From Tubiluchus corallicola (lineage: Eukaryota > Animalia > Priapulida), in NCBI GenBank assembly GCA_030141605.1, contig JAQGDQ010000033.1:310001-374000 (forward strand): a stretch of 64,000 bases of DNA, given 5' to 3'. The translations under genes and the position numbers were made by a program. The notes below the pieces were generated by a model. The model had not been told where the DNA came from and searched no databases. It saw only the letters and a program-made list of their open reading frames with translations. This document shows, in pieces, positions 25,001 through 35,134 of this stretch. Every line of letters begins with the position of its first letter. Within the stretch, counting starts at the first letter, position 1.

Positions 25001-28000
25001 ATCAAAGCATTGTAAACTTCTACTGTTGTGATGCATCAAAAGACTCCATTAGTACATCTAACAAGTGTCACAGACTAAGTCTAAAAATAAATGTCTCTAA
25101 GAGAATACGGTAAAAGCTTTACTAAAAAAATGCCGCCACTATGAAGCCCCAGATATAAAACAATACAAATTAGAAAGAAAAATACTGAAATTCTGAACTT
25201 GGACAGTCGTGGTAACTACAAGATCACAGGTACTAAGGTTTCTTTTTGCCACAATACAAATAAGAAAGAAAAATACTGAAATTGTGAACTTGGATGATGA
25301 TCCTAGTCTTACTTACAAGTTTAACCAAACTTAGTTCAACTAATAACAAATTTGACAGCAAGAGAATGTAAGTAGCTCACTAATATGATGGACCGCCAAA
25401 CTACAAGATCACAGGTACTCAGCTTTCTTTTTGCCTCAATAAAGATTTACATATATTATAGTACAGCTTGCATAAAATCAAGGACTCTGGCAGTTTCCTT
25501 GTAAGCAAGTTGCTGATTTAGTTCAATTTTTAATTATAAAGTCACTGTGGAGAGACCATAGCATAAAGTGAAAAAAGCGTATAATGGTCAAAGAATAGGG
25601 TACTCGGTTCATTTTGCAACTATGAAGTTCATAGAAAATTATACACATACACCTATAAAACAGCAATCCTATGAATTACTAGCACACAGTTTTAAAGGAA
25701 AAAGCTATAGTATGTACGCAAATTAAAATTATGACATCATAAAATTATTTGCTAATAAAACTAACCAATATTTAATTTTATAACCTATAAGCAGTAAGTT
25801 AGTAACTTAAAAACACTGTTCATACATTAATACTAACTGTAATAATTTATAGGACCCTAATTCATATAAACTTAATTAAATTCAATCGCTAAGAATTATA
25901 TTTATGTATAATAATAATTAACTGTCAAAATAACTGCCAGTCATTAATAAAATCTAGTACCTCAAACAGTAATGATTTATTGATTTTTTCCTTTACTGCA
26001 TATTTAGTTTTCTGGCAAAACTTTTGGACACTGACAGCAGTTTGGCCAAGACCAAGTAAACTAATTTGCTCAGCATTATCAAGTCTGTGGCTGGCTCTAT
26101 CAGATGCTGTCATCCATGAAAAGCGACTCCGTGTCGTGCATTGTCGCTGTCTCACCATGATGATGTTACAATATCAAATAGTAATTAAAAAGATTTAGCG
26201 ATTAAACACATGAACAGATTTCCTTAGTTTGAACAAGAACCAAGTGCACACAGGAACTGGAGCTACAGTCTGTTATTACTGATAAATGTGTAACACATTT
26301 CCTTGTTATGCAAAACTTTCACAGACAACCCAGTACAAATTAATGTTTGACCAAATACACAAAAATATTACAGAAAGTTTCAGTTCCTCAACTAAATAGG
26401 TACCATTCTCACTATCGGTTTTAACATTATTCTGCTTTCATGTTTTGCAGTCACACAGGCACACACTTCTAATTTAATCAACAGCAGGAAGTTTAAATAT
26501 TGAATTTTATGGCACCTAGGAAGAACAAAGTCTGACCTTAACAAGTGGATGTGCTGTACATACAGGTATTTTTGTATATGGGTTGTCAAAATATGATGTC
26601 TAATACGTTATAATAATATGATACAGGTTTTAAAGTTCAAGAGAGAATTTAATGTGGGCGCAGCATAAAATACAATATTGATGTTAGGCTTGATAATAAT
26701 AAATTAATGCAAATGTCCCAAATGTCTCTTATTTTAAAAATTCAGCGTACCAATTGTACATTTTAAATCATGATCCCTTTAAGCAATATGTGGGTTATTA
26801 GTTCAGTTTTGGTTGCTATTTATTTTATGCTATGCGCTTGGATTACTTATACATATTGTTTTGTTTCATTTGATTATTTTGATTTTATTTTGACTACATT
26901 GATTAGTTTTGTTTTGTTTAATTTGACTTATACTTAGCTTAGTTTTCATTGGTTTAATTTATTTAAATCTCTTTCTCGATATCTTTAGTTCTGTTGACAT
27001 TTTTTGTTTTTGTTTATGTTGCCCGATGTTGATGTTGATACTCAAGTTATGCACTTCTTTTTATGTTAAAATTTTAAGTTATTTTTCTTTTGCTTGCATG
27101 ATATAGCTCAAAATTGTAAATTTTCATTAATTTTTAATTATGTTTTTTGGTATTACACTTTCCAACAATAATCTTGCTGCTCAAGTCATTTAATTGATAA
27201 TTTTATAGATTTATTAAAAAAAATTATATTGAATTCAGCATAGAATTAAACCCACATTGTAATTCATGTATTGCGTGAGACAAAACGTGTAATGCAGCCA
27301 GACATGACCAAAGCTTTGCTACTAATCGGCATCTAACTAATGTCAATCATTTTCGTTGACAGCCCAATCAGCATGCAAATTATCTCACACACCCTTGCAG
27401 CAGGTATGTTTGGGACATTTAGCTACAGCACCAGCTAACACTGTTATGAAAAATGCTCAACTTTTCATTAGTTAGCAGGAGAAATGTTGACCTTGTTCTA
27501 GATTTTATTATTGTCAATTGAAATTGCAAGTGAATTAGTGAACATATATATATATATACATGTAGTCTAGTTTTGTTTATAAGAAGAAATGCACAATGCT
27601 TATGTGTATGAGTCGTGATTAAACCATTTTGCAATCAAGAAAATACACAGTTTAGTTTAGTTGATGGCTTTGCAAGTTAGATAAAAACAACTATTTGATT
27701 AACTTTAAATAAGAACAAAACAAAATATTTTCTTTTCTGGCCAGTTTCTAAAAACCTCAGTGAGATCTTCACAGTCAAAATTAATTCAAATGTGGTCAAA
27801 ACTTATATTATACATCAGTGTAATATTAGCTGATTTTATGCTATTTTCCTGGTTATAATCATGGTTAAAAGATACCATTGGGACTTATGTGACTCGGACA
27901 TTCAATATAAGGGTCGTCTATGGAATGGAACAGTCAAATTTATTCCATTTCCGTAGCCTGCCAAACAGAAAAATACAAAAAATTAATAAATCTTGCAGAT

Positions 28001-31000
28001 GAGCACATGACCAATTAATATAGGAAAATACATCGTAGGCTTGATGTTCGTATGATTAAAGGCAAGACAGACTTAATATTTTTGTTGTTTATTTATTGTA
28101 AAGCAAGGCTAACTGGCTTAGTTTCTTTATAATACTTATGTCTCTGTATTTTGTAGTGCTTTGAAACTTTGTCTCTACATTTTGTTTAAATTGAAAACTC
28201 ATTTTTTGGCTACTTGAAGTGTTAATTTCATGTTAAAATAGCTGCTGCTCTGCAAATTTGTGTTTATGAAAAAGAGTAACAAGAGTTACTTTGGCAGAAA
28301 AGCAAACACTGTGGGTATACCACTAAATATAACAGATATTACAAAAAAGTTGGGTAGGCAGCAAATGACGCATTATTATAACAGTTATGATGCCATGTTA
28401 AACTATTTGTAACATCCACAGTGCTGCTGTATTAACAGTAACAATAATGACAACCAAATGATTTCATTCTCACTCTTTTCAATTATGTTAATTATAGCTA
28501 AAACATTGTTTTTTAATGGCTTTCAAAGTATGTTTAATTGACACACACACATAAACGCATATAAGCTGCATCACGTATAATCTACAGATATTACAAAATA
28601 GATCTGTCTGTAAGATCAACTAGTAGGCCTACACTGGGCAAAAAGTTAACTACCATCTTTAAACAAATATTGACAGAAATCGACACCATTTAATATTAAA
28701 CAAAAGTATGCTATCAATATGATATTTGCAGTGCGTCTGTTTTAGTTTAAAGAATCAACCGAATTGAGCTTTATCAGGAACTCCTAAATCAACATGACAT
28801 TTACATTATCAAAGCGCCATTACAAAGCAAACAAAGTTATGATATATTTAATCTAACTGCAATCAGGTTAATAAAAGGCGCATAACAAAAGCAATCAGAT
28901 AATGTATAGCCTACTACAAAAGGTCATGCAAAAAGCTGCAGGAAATGCAAAGCAGCCAGCTTGTATCCAGGCAACTGATTGCTACAGATGCTGATCTTCT
29001 AAGTGCAGTATCCAACTGGGTGGGTGCCAAATGCTAATACGCTAAATGATAAATCATAAGCATATTGTCAGGAAGTGAAGATAGCATCGTTGCGTAGTGA
29101 TGGTAAAAACAGTCAATAAACAGCTAATTGCACATTGCATGTGCTTTGGTCTGTTGAAATCGAAGTAGAACCAGGGGCCATTTTGACAGCACAGTTCTTT
29201 TTACTGGGGAATTTTTGATTTATTATTTGTCAGCTATAATCAGCTATAGTGTTGCAAACTTGCAGACACTAACAGAATAAATAACAATAATAGTGTATTA
29301 TTTGGAATAATATTTCCAAATTTATTTATTTTCACACATTAATAAGCATAGTGTTACTAAACATCGAAACATTACCTATCTGAATCAGATGTCCAGCTAA
29401 TGAAAATGCTGAGTGCAGTGGGTTTTGAACAGAAATTTGCCAAACTTACTGCACAGCTTCTCAAATGTGCAAATTTCCATTCAAAATTGCAATAAACAAT
29501 TGAATATAATCTTACACGGCATCAATCTTATGTCAACCCATCACATCAAAACCACATTTCCCTGTTAAAACTGGCTTGTTTGTGTTTCGTGGGAAGAGTC
29601 CTTTGTTCATTTGAGAAGATTCCTGAACAGGTATCTTCCCAAAAGATATACTTAACGTGGATCTGGGTACCACAACTAACACCCAGATATTTAATTAAAA
29701 CAGCTTATCTATAACTGCAAAACAAACCTGATGTAGGGTGAGGTTCACAATATCTGAGCTTTCTGTGCGGTGCATCCCTGGAGCCACCGGATCCACCACC
29801 AACTCCAAGCACTCATTATCCATGGCACTCATTAGATAAGTTTGACTGCCTACTACCGATTCAGGCACATACCTGCAACAAAAGTACGTTATAAAATAAG
29901 AGTGATTTCACAGACATTCTTGATGTAAGATGCCGTGAAATAGTATCTTTGGTATTTTGAGCACGTGTTTGCAGCTTTCAATGTGCGATTTATAGATAAC
30001 GCGCTGGTCTATATGACAGGCCTGTAAGGCTCTGTAGCTAAACGACAGTATTGATTGCAAAAATAAACTTTGCTATTGACACCAAATGCTAATATATGAG
30101 AAAGCACAGATGAATAAACACAGAAACAACTTTGAAAACATTCAGCGCCAGTATACATGTACGTTGGTAGTATTATTAGCTTTACACCTTTTGCAAAGTT
30201 GCTTCTTTCATTTTCAACTTCTTTGTTTTTGCCATGCCCGCATCTTTCTAGTAATAACCTCGTTAATTTGCGAGTTATAATAAAGTTGTAAAATTTATTC
30301 TTGTCGTCTTGGTGTTTGAGATAGAGCTGGTACATTCTATAATAAATGCCGCATGAAACCTTTTGGAAAACAAGCTCGACACTATAGAGAAATGACACCA
30401 TTATGATACAACAGTAATAACCAACATTCATTTTATGATGATAATAACAACAACATTTTCAATTTTTGGCAGGTACAGTAAATCATATACTAATGCATGA
30501 CAACAATTACGGAGCTCCTTACAGGTCCTGATACATATACCACTTAATCAAAATATTAAAATATTATATGCATCAGAAATGTGCTATGCTACAGCGTTAG
30601 CGTATATTTCACCCACCACAAAATTATCATCTAGTCACTCTAAGTGCCGCCATGAATGACGGTGTTCCATTAGACGAATGCAGAATATTATAACATGATA
30701 TAATTTCAGGAAGCAACACAATTATGATGCAAATAGAGCATAAAAGTGAAGTTCAGTTTACGAACCACCAGTCATTAGTGTAATAAAATTTATTACTTTT
30801 TGCAGCTCTTAAGCTCTCAGCTCAGGTTTCAACGAGTGGGTGGACAACTCAATTGGTAAATAATGTAGCACAAAAGTTTGTATGCCACCGGTTGGCATCT
30901 AAGGCGTGCATAAATATATTTTCGCTCACCGCATTGCCTTTTACTAAAATGTTGAACGAACTAAAATAGTTATTTCACTAGAGAAGAAAGAAAATCAGAT

Positions 31001-33264
31001 GGAGAAACCAGGTTTTTTGTAAAAGTGCTGTCCACATTTAACAACACATAAAAACTCATTTTACAGCATAATAATTCGAGTAAATATTACAAAAATAAAC
31101 AAAAATGTCACTCAGATACACAACTCAATATTTCTAATAGTAAGCACAGAGGAAAACCGAAAAGCTCCTACTACAGAACTGAATGGTAAGCTAAAAATTT
31201 TAAACCTTAGGAACTGAAAGACTTGCAAATATTGTGTCTAGAACTAGGACACTAACCCATTTTCTGGAAGGTTTTTTAAAATATTTAAAAGCTAAAATGC
31301 ACAAAACTAACTGACAATTATTCAGAATATAATTAGGGAGTTACATGAGCATTCTGCCTGAGGTACCACTGTACAAAATAAACTATCTACACAGTTCGAC
31401 ATGTGTAACCTTGATATTTCATCGTCAAAACGTTTTAAAATAATTACAGCTATCGCCCATTTGGCCAGTAAAATAAGGCATAAATGCACAAAGGCTGACT
31501 TAACATACATAATGCACAAGAAAATTTAAGTAAGAAGATTTACCTGTTTTCAGATTTTACATCTAGAAAGTTCACAGATGATGCCATTTTTAATAGTCCT
31601 CAAAACGTTTCAAGTTCTCAAATTACTTCTAGTTAAGCTTTGCACAATTTCAGAAACTGTAATAAACTTTTTAGATATTTTCTTGCAATATTCTGCCTAT
31701 CAACTGTTTTCACACCAATAATAAAAGCATAAAGTATAAAATTACAGCACAGTTAAGTTTAGGAACGACTAAACTCTTTACATATATTAAAAAATATCCT
31801 GTCTGAATTGATAAAAATATAACAACAGTGATATTCTCGCTCCATTAATAAGTTAATTTAACAGCAAGTGAAATTTTCCGTTTACTCACTGTCACAAGTT
31901 CTTTATATATTCATCAGGAACGAATCAATTGTGTAGTCAGTGACAACGCCTTTGCGTTAAGCAATGCCGATCTTGGTAGTCTCAAGTTATACTTATTGAT
32001 TACGTACTGCTGACAGATCATGGTGTCTGATAACATTTAACACTGAAAATATTAGATTATGCAATACTCGTTCAATGTTTTACTCTACATGCTTATTTAC
32101 ATAAAAATTATATGGATCAGTGTACATAACCCTTATGGGACTGTTGATAATATCATACAGTGCAAGTATGACAGTCGTCACAACCTCTGATTTTCCACAT
32201 GCACACAAACCAATAACAAACAAACAAACAAGCTAGCAAGAACAAACGTCTAAAAACTATTAATATAAACAAGAATACCTTAGTTAGTTTTTTGGTTAGA
32301 CAGTAGATCTAGAAAGCGTAAATGGAGCATTGAAGTGCCCTGCTTACGTCCAATGCGAACAATTCTCAACAATCACAGAATGACAAAATTTATGCAGTGC
32401 GGCAATAAAAGCATGCCAAAATGTGAAACAGAAGTGCCAAGAGCTAACATTGGCTAATGCAAACCAATTTACACAAATTTAAACAGTTAACAAGTTCAAA
32501 CAACATCAAAAGCTTACATTTCGGCTACATAAATTTGTAGCACATTGGCAGCTGACGTAGTCCTTGAATCAGGGCTCAGTTTGACAAAGTTTCAGTTTAA
32601 ATGAAATTGATCATGTAGAGGAATCATATAAGAACCAATGATATGTTGACTAACATTGTTGTCAATTGATTGCAAAATAACAACTAACAATCAATCCTCA
32701 TTAATTAATGGTTACTCCAAGTACTACTAATTTGCAATGAATTATTTGTAAATTACAAACTGTACATACTTTTATTGGTCACATCACATTAAGAACTCTG
32801 AGTTTTTAAAAAATCGACTTCGCAGTAATTACGCAATATTAAAATCTCGTTTGAAACTTAAAAACATTTTTTAACCTTTTCTACCTATTAGATCAATTGT
32901 TAAATTGTAAGTAAACACATCATGTTATATGAAGGACCTTATCAAGTTTATGTTTGTGCTTTTTAAATTTCCGATTAGAAATTTTATACTGTTTGAGTCC
33001 AAATACGGCTGCATGCTCCAGCCCTTATTATGAACAGTTTACAGGTACAATAAACTGCGCACTAATATTCTAAATGTGCGATTACATCTATGCTCACATG
33101 CATACAATGCTTCTCAACAGTAAACCACAACTGCTTCTGCTTTGCAATACAGCAAAACATGCAGTTACCATGAAATAAGCTTACCCAGGTGGCAGTGCTA
33201 TTAAATCTGATTTTAACAAACTTGCTTCTAACTCCTTCTCATTCAACTTTTCCATATTAACCAT
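908..33264 (-). CDS. TRPA1: TRPA-family (TRPA1-like) ankyrin-repeat cation channel, spliced gene, 3' end probably incomplete in window
   Basis: Exons 33264-33185, 29872-29728, 24989-24824, 22796-22684, 20259-20131, 18986-18870, 18656-18438, 18200-18107, 17807-17612, 16991-16808, 16146-15950, 15638-15492, 15097-14986, 13840-13582, 12947-12788, 12497-12395, 10788-10613, 10069-9949, 9802-9671, 7600-7400, 6036-5848, 5439-5318, 1031-908. All are GT-AG with matching phases and give 1162 open codons. Motifs: 17 ankyrin repeats, HPL...KW pre-S1, S1-S6, pore MMIGEFEF, MNLLVGLAVDDI and TRP-like helix NAALRRLAMQVEL. The choice of first exon is inferred. Confidence 0.93.
1956..2828 (+). CDS. intronless class A GPCR, olfactory/chemoreceptor-like, nested antisense in a TRPA intron; N-terminus incomplete (possible pseudogene)
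   Basis: LHTPLYY..CNLSAAD (TM2), TYERFISIVHPFRY (DRY-equivalent), FCLCYIP (TM6), NSFANAFV (TM7). The TM1 AN motif lies upstream of the first ATG in an open frame starting at 1899. Confidence 0.85.
   Translation: MIILKSHTLHTPLYYILSAVYLHIICNLSAADMITGLCLLVQTVVLNIIGPATNNATLCGILFTFPLSSLGNSALFYILATYERFISIVHPFRYHVLLSSLRLRVILICAWAFASFGWTFWFLPYVYDTDILYKCVPNPKGAYSSVLFTSACTLTPGMFIMFTYCYAAIIKTALKQMKEIQCQNQIVMHYSKENSLSQLKVKRKPIKTLVTVVGLFCLCYIPSNLPFMLILQGRVSQYVNMKNIYWYIIPEYFNSFANAFVNASKLDEFNSEAESFSVSIDKKRNVETLQ
3698..4639 (+). pseudogene. class A GPCR pseudogene, paralogue of 1956-2828
   Basis: LHIPLYYILCNLSIAD, TYERYISIVLPFCY, YFVCYIP, NSLANVFIYVAKLDKFR. Frameshift near 4125, in-frame TAG at 4384-4386, second frameshift near 4550. 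Confidence 0.85.
4671..4941. mobile_element. possible non-autonomous Helitron-like relic containing a (CT)n tract
   Basis: ACTAG start, GCACGGGC then CTTGT near the end, internal microsatellite; recognised by resemblance only. Confidence 0.3.
5318..5439 (-). CDS. TRPA1: TRPA exon, end of S6 and TRP-like helix
   Basis: VGLAVDDIKEVQSNAALRRLAMQVELTLGVEGILPHWLRK; AG/GT boundaries. Confidence 0.95.
5848..6036 (-). CDS. TRPA1: TRPA exon, pore loop and S6
   Basis: VQFRDPWNALLKTTVMMIGEFEFDDIF...FLIIMTILIMNLL. Confidence 0.95.
6287..7190. mobile_element. hAT-like non-autonomous DNA transposon
   Basis: CAGTGTT...AACACTG termini, many subterminal TTAC/GTAA motifs, degenerate 8-bp flanks TCTATAAG / TCAATAGG. 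Confidence 0.6.
7400..7600 (-). CDS. TRPA1: TRPA exon, S4-S5
   Basis: DWQWQLGAIAIFLAWCDLILFLRKFPQFGIYVVMF...FAMSFYALMQNQ. Confidence 0.95.
7740..8704. mobile_element. Tc1/mariner-pogo (Tigger-like) non-autonomous element
   Basis: CAGTAGGC...GCCTACTG termini flanked by TA; imperfect TIR of about 25 bp. Confidence 0.7.
8988..9650. mobile_element. MITE with about 36-bp imperfect TIRs
   Basis: TGTGTGCTTGCAAACCAAAATCATCTGTAAGTCGGC versus reverse complement of right end TGTGTGCATGCATAGCAAAATCGTCCACAAGTCGGC. Confidence 0.7.
9671..9802 (-). CDS. TRPA1: TRPA exon, S3
   Basis: LFQIYYSKWHYLDWENLLEWVSYVFSLLLVIDFAECQQQTGIRE. Confidence 0.93.
9949..10069 (-). CDS. TRPA1: TRPA exon, S2
   Basis: NGTVDLCAENIEDEGLTQDMFARIGKFVIMALAGFQLLRE; phases match both neighbours. 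Confidence 0.9.
10613..10788 (-). CDS. TRPA1: TRPA exon, pre-S1 and S1
   Basis: AKSNREHLLKHPLVTALLVRKWKTFGAPIYYINLMIFMVYLTFLTGYMLTTKPP. Confidence 0.95.
12395..12497 (-). CDS. TRPA1: TRPA exon, linker
   Basis: HVSTFDDDGRIHADAQPYSEDSSALKKNHPLMIM. Confidence 0.9.
12546..12762. mobile_element. hairpin (foldback) MITE filling most of a TRPA intron
   Basis: TTCTCTGTGAGTGTAAACTCACAAGTGTGAACAGCTTTG pairs with CAAAGCCGTTCACACTTGCGAGTTTACTCTCAGAGAGAA; outer ends approximate. Confidence 0.6.
12788..12947 (-). CDS. TRPA1: TRPA exon, linker
   Basis: DVVEQVYARCTVTNGLHHEHTDFEVTFYYEFLDDMYSHW. Confidence 0.92.
13582..13840 (-). CDS. TRPA1: TRPA exon, last ankyrin repeats
   Basis: TTPLHLACTKGH...NNCLDRAIDNGH...TPVRKLIKKMP. 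Confidence 0.95.
14986..15097 (-). CDS. TRPA1: TRPA exon, ankyrin repeat
   Basis: NCNLWTPLDCAAYKGNVNVVKILLEADSPVDPTDKGR. Confidence 0.93.
15492..15638 (-). CDS. TRPA1: TRPA exon, ankyrin repeat
   Basis: TVTELLNHSKMIVNDEDEESNTPLHLAALFGQINIANILLTNGANVEA. Confidence 0.93.
15950..16146 (-). CDS. TRPA1: TRPA exon, ankyrin repeats
   Basis: ELLTHYK...GNSPLHIAAERG...QTALHLASRHGRT. Confidence 0.93.
16808..16991 (-). CDS. TRPA1: TRPA exon, ankyrin repeats
   Basis: GAKLERRDKDNFTPLVIASSFGHTETIRCLLQHGA...SCMYWAAEDNHIDALK. Confidence 0.93.
17612..17807 (-). CDS. TRPA1: TRPA exon, ankyrin repeats
   Basis: ANVNTYRNHYNTPLHLAAVSG...ATALHRAAAYNHYKVVEFLLE. Confidence 0.93.
18107..18200 (-). CDS. TRPA1: TRPA exon, ankyrin repeat
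   Basis: MVTDQDNEGNTALHLAVDGGHFGICQILLNN. Confidence 0.92.
18438..18656 (-). CDS. TRPA1: TRPA exon, ankyrin repeats
   Basis: AVDKQECSALHIACLHG...MSPLHCAAKEGHENIVSVLL...SQ. Confidence 0.93.
18870..18986 (-). CDS. TRPA1: TRPA exon, ankyrin repeat
   Basis: GAQVNAPDIYGSTPLHFAAMRGNISAAKDLLSCNGIKIE. Confidence 0.93.
19627..19821. mobile_element. short MITE with long imperfect TIRs
   Basis: CTATAAA...GTTTATTGACATCAAA at the left end pairs with TTTGATGTCAATAAAC...TTTATAG at the right. Confidence 0.55.
19694..20140. repeat. tandem duplication of about 220 bp (period 227) that includes a TRPA splice donor
   Basis: 19694-19913 and 19921-20140 are nearly identical, separated by GTCAATA. Confidence 0.95.
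20131..20259 (-). CDS. TRPA1: TRPA exon, acidic insert and second helix of ankyrin repeat 3
   Basis: DVQPPVETALDQSIDVPQADAHTNSDDEDDDEKESVIKYLVSK; phase 0 at both ends. Confidence 0.88.
22684..22796 (-). CDS. TRPA1: TRPA exon, first half of ankyrin repeat 3
   Basis: DVNDKGEDELTPLHLAARRYKLVKTQTAVDSSVYFGGK; gttagt donor. Confidence 0.88.
23265..23695. repeat. highly degenerate minisatellite with a period of about 20-21 bp
   Basis: Recurrent CTCAGCAA(C/T)AATA-like units with strong strand asymmetry. Confidence 0.45.
23699..24657. mobile_element. Tc1/mariner-like non-autonomous element
   Basis: TAAAACGGGGTGAATAG at the left end and CTATTCACCCCGTTTACAG|TA at the right; internal copies of GGGATGAATAGGGACA in both orientations. 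Confidence 0.7.
24824..24989 (-). CDS. TRPA1: TRPA exon, ankyrin repeats 1-2
   Basis: AARDGDTVIMEKLL...DSMSPLHYAARYNHVAIASMLVAKGA. Confidence 0.93.
25160..25440. repeat. 91-bp tandem duplication; second copy interrupted by about 100 bp
   Basis: ACAATACAAAT.AGAAAGAAAAATACTGAAATT.TGAACTTGGA at 25160 and 25251; AACTACAAGATCACAGGTACT near 25214 and 25399. Confidence 0.75.
25961..26158 (-). CDS. candidate alternative first coding exon of TRPA, splicing directly to 24989
   Basis: ATG-initiated 66 open codons ending ...INKSLLFE at GAG|gtac, phase 0; the join gives ankyrin-like LLFE|AARDG. Confidence 0.45.
29728..29872 (-). CDS. TRPA1: TRPA exon, N-terminal region
   Basis: ttgcag acceptor; YVPESVVGSQTYLMSAMDNECLELVVDPVAPGMHRTESSDIVNLTLHQ joins AARDG in phase 0. 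Confidence 0.85.
31324..31397 (-). repeat. dispersed repeat of about 75 bp, inverted copy of 42553-42628
   Basis: Reverse complement matches TTTATTTTGTACAGTGGTACCTCAGGCAGAATGCTCAT.TAACTCCCTAATTATATTCT. Confidence 0.85.
31544..31587 (-). CDS. candidate alternative first coding exon of TRPA
   Basis: aaaATGG context, MASSVNFLDVKSEN, AG|gtaaat donor in phase 2, matching the exon at 29872. Confidence 0.5.
33185..33264 (-). CDS. TRPA1: candidate first coding exon of TRPA
   Basis: ggcATGG context, MVNMEKLNEKELEASLLKSDLIALPP, GG|gtaagc donor in phase 2, matching the exon at 29872. Confidence 0.55.
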
Positions 33265-34696
33265 GCCGCTAATGACATGGAAACCTTAGTTAAAACACCC
33301 AAGTCAAAAACACTGTGTAGTCATGCAACCAAGCGCAAAATTTTCCTGAAATCACAGATCATTCTTTGCTGTGTTTTACGACATTGATCAGTTCTGCTAT
33401 TAGTTGCTAAGCTAACTCAGCACACGTGCTGGCAATATGGTTTAGGCATCAACAACTTGTAAATAATTACTTAGATAATTACTAGATAAAGGGCATCAAA
33501 GTGAGATGCTGTGCCATCGGTTTGGTTTCGTAGCTACATGCAGTTCTTCATTATTACAGAAACACAATGAGCTCAAAAGAAAACTCTGAAGAAGACACAC
33601 TTTTTAAAACTGTATTTAATACCAAAACCTAATATGTAATGTAATGACCTATCGGGAACAACAATAATTAATTTTCCAATGTTATCAACAATTTTTATGT
33701 TCATCCTACTTTGCAAAGGTACAAGTTTGACTATTTGCCTTTTTTTAAATGCAAGGACAGTATACAATTTTATTACAACTTTGTTTGCTGTTTCTAATTC
33801 TGTTCTAGTTTTTCAGAGATGTTAAAAACAAATTTATGAAAGAATATTGTTATGTGGTAGCTTAAAAACACTGTTTGGTTTAGTTTTATTTATTTTAATA
33901 GATAGTTATAAACGTATACAGTCGCTGCATGATACATTAGACAGCACAAAGAATTCTGCCGCTGCTTGCTAATACCAATATGGGAAATCTTCACATCACG
34001 TAACAAACATTAGCTGTTATTATTAACATTATTCATATTTGCTTAGCATTGAAAAGTAAAGTTACATATGAATTAAAAACTTCACTGTAAATGTTTGTAC
34101 AGATTAACTAACTGATTGATGACTATCTCTTAACTGTCCTCATCTGTAAAACATGGGTGACGACAACAAGGAAATAAATCCCACTCAATGAAATTGGGTG
34201 CTGCTAATTATAGTGTTGTAATAATAAAGCTTTTGAATTTCATGAACTTGCCTAAATTATTAGAATGCTTTTCTAAATTACTGTATAACACTATTATAGT
34301 GAATATCGTTTATCACATACACTCTAGTAAATGGTAACGCAAATTTGTAAAAAAGAACATCATTTACTTAACTAGTAGTAGTACGCATAATACAGGTTAC
34401 CCCATTATTGAATTTTATGAACTTTTTGTCAGGCTCCATTGCCTGAATAACTACGTATTTATAAGTTTTTATTGTGTCCTTGACCTTTGCCAGCCGTTTG
34501 CAAACTAATTTACAGTTAAATTCAACATGTCATTCCGTATGCTGCAAAGAAGCAGACGGAGTTGTTAGAATGTTGAGTCGAAAGGCCAAAAGGTACAACT
34601 GAACATGTACACGCAAACGATGAAATGTTCATTAATTTTTAGTTTACTGAAGCCACATAAAATACATTTCACTGAATTTGAATATACTGCGAAGTA

Positions 34697-35134
34697 CCGT
34701 ATTTTCCCGTGTATAAGAGACCCTTTTTTGCTCAGAATTTTCACTTTAAAAATAGGGGGTCTCTTATACATGGGAGTAAGTCTTTTCAATAAGATGCATA
34801 AATTGTGACACTAATGATTTTAAAGAAATAAGTGCTCTACAACTGTTTTGCGTGTCGCGTTCGACTATGAAGCGGTTGTAAGCAATACAAGCATCGTGAC
34901 ACAGGCATTATCTCCTCGTTTTCTCTTTTCCTGTTACAGGTTTGCAGGTACGCACTTTAATATATAACAGTACTCTTTTTCTACAACACATTAACTGGTT
35001 TTATTTTGTTTTCAGTACCGCACTGAGTTGAAAAAAGTTGTACTCTACCCTCTAAAAATGTCCGTCTGAAAAAAATTTTTTCCAGAATTTTTGCCTAAAA
35101 ATTGAAGGGGTCTCTTATACACGGGAAAATACGG
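34697..35134. mobile_element. young pogo/Tc1-mariner-type MITE, 438 bp
   Basis: Perfect 27-bp TIR CCGTATTTTCCCGTGTATAAGAGACCC, TA on both sides, third partial TIR near 34757. Confidence 0.9.
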
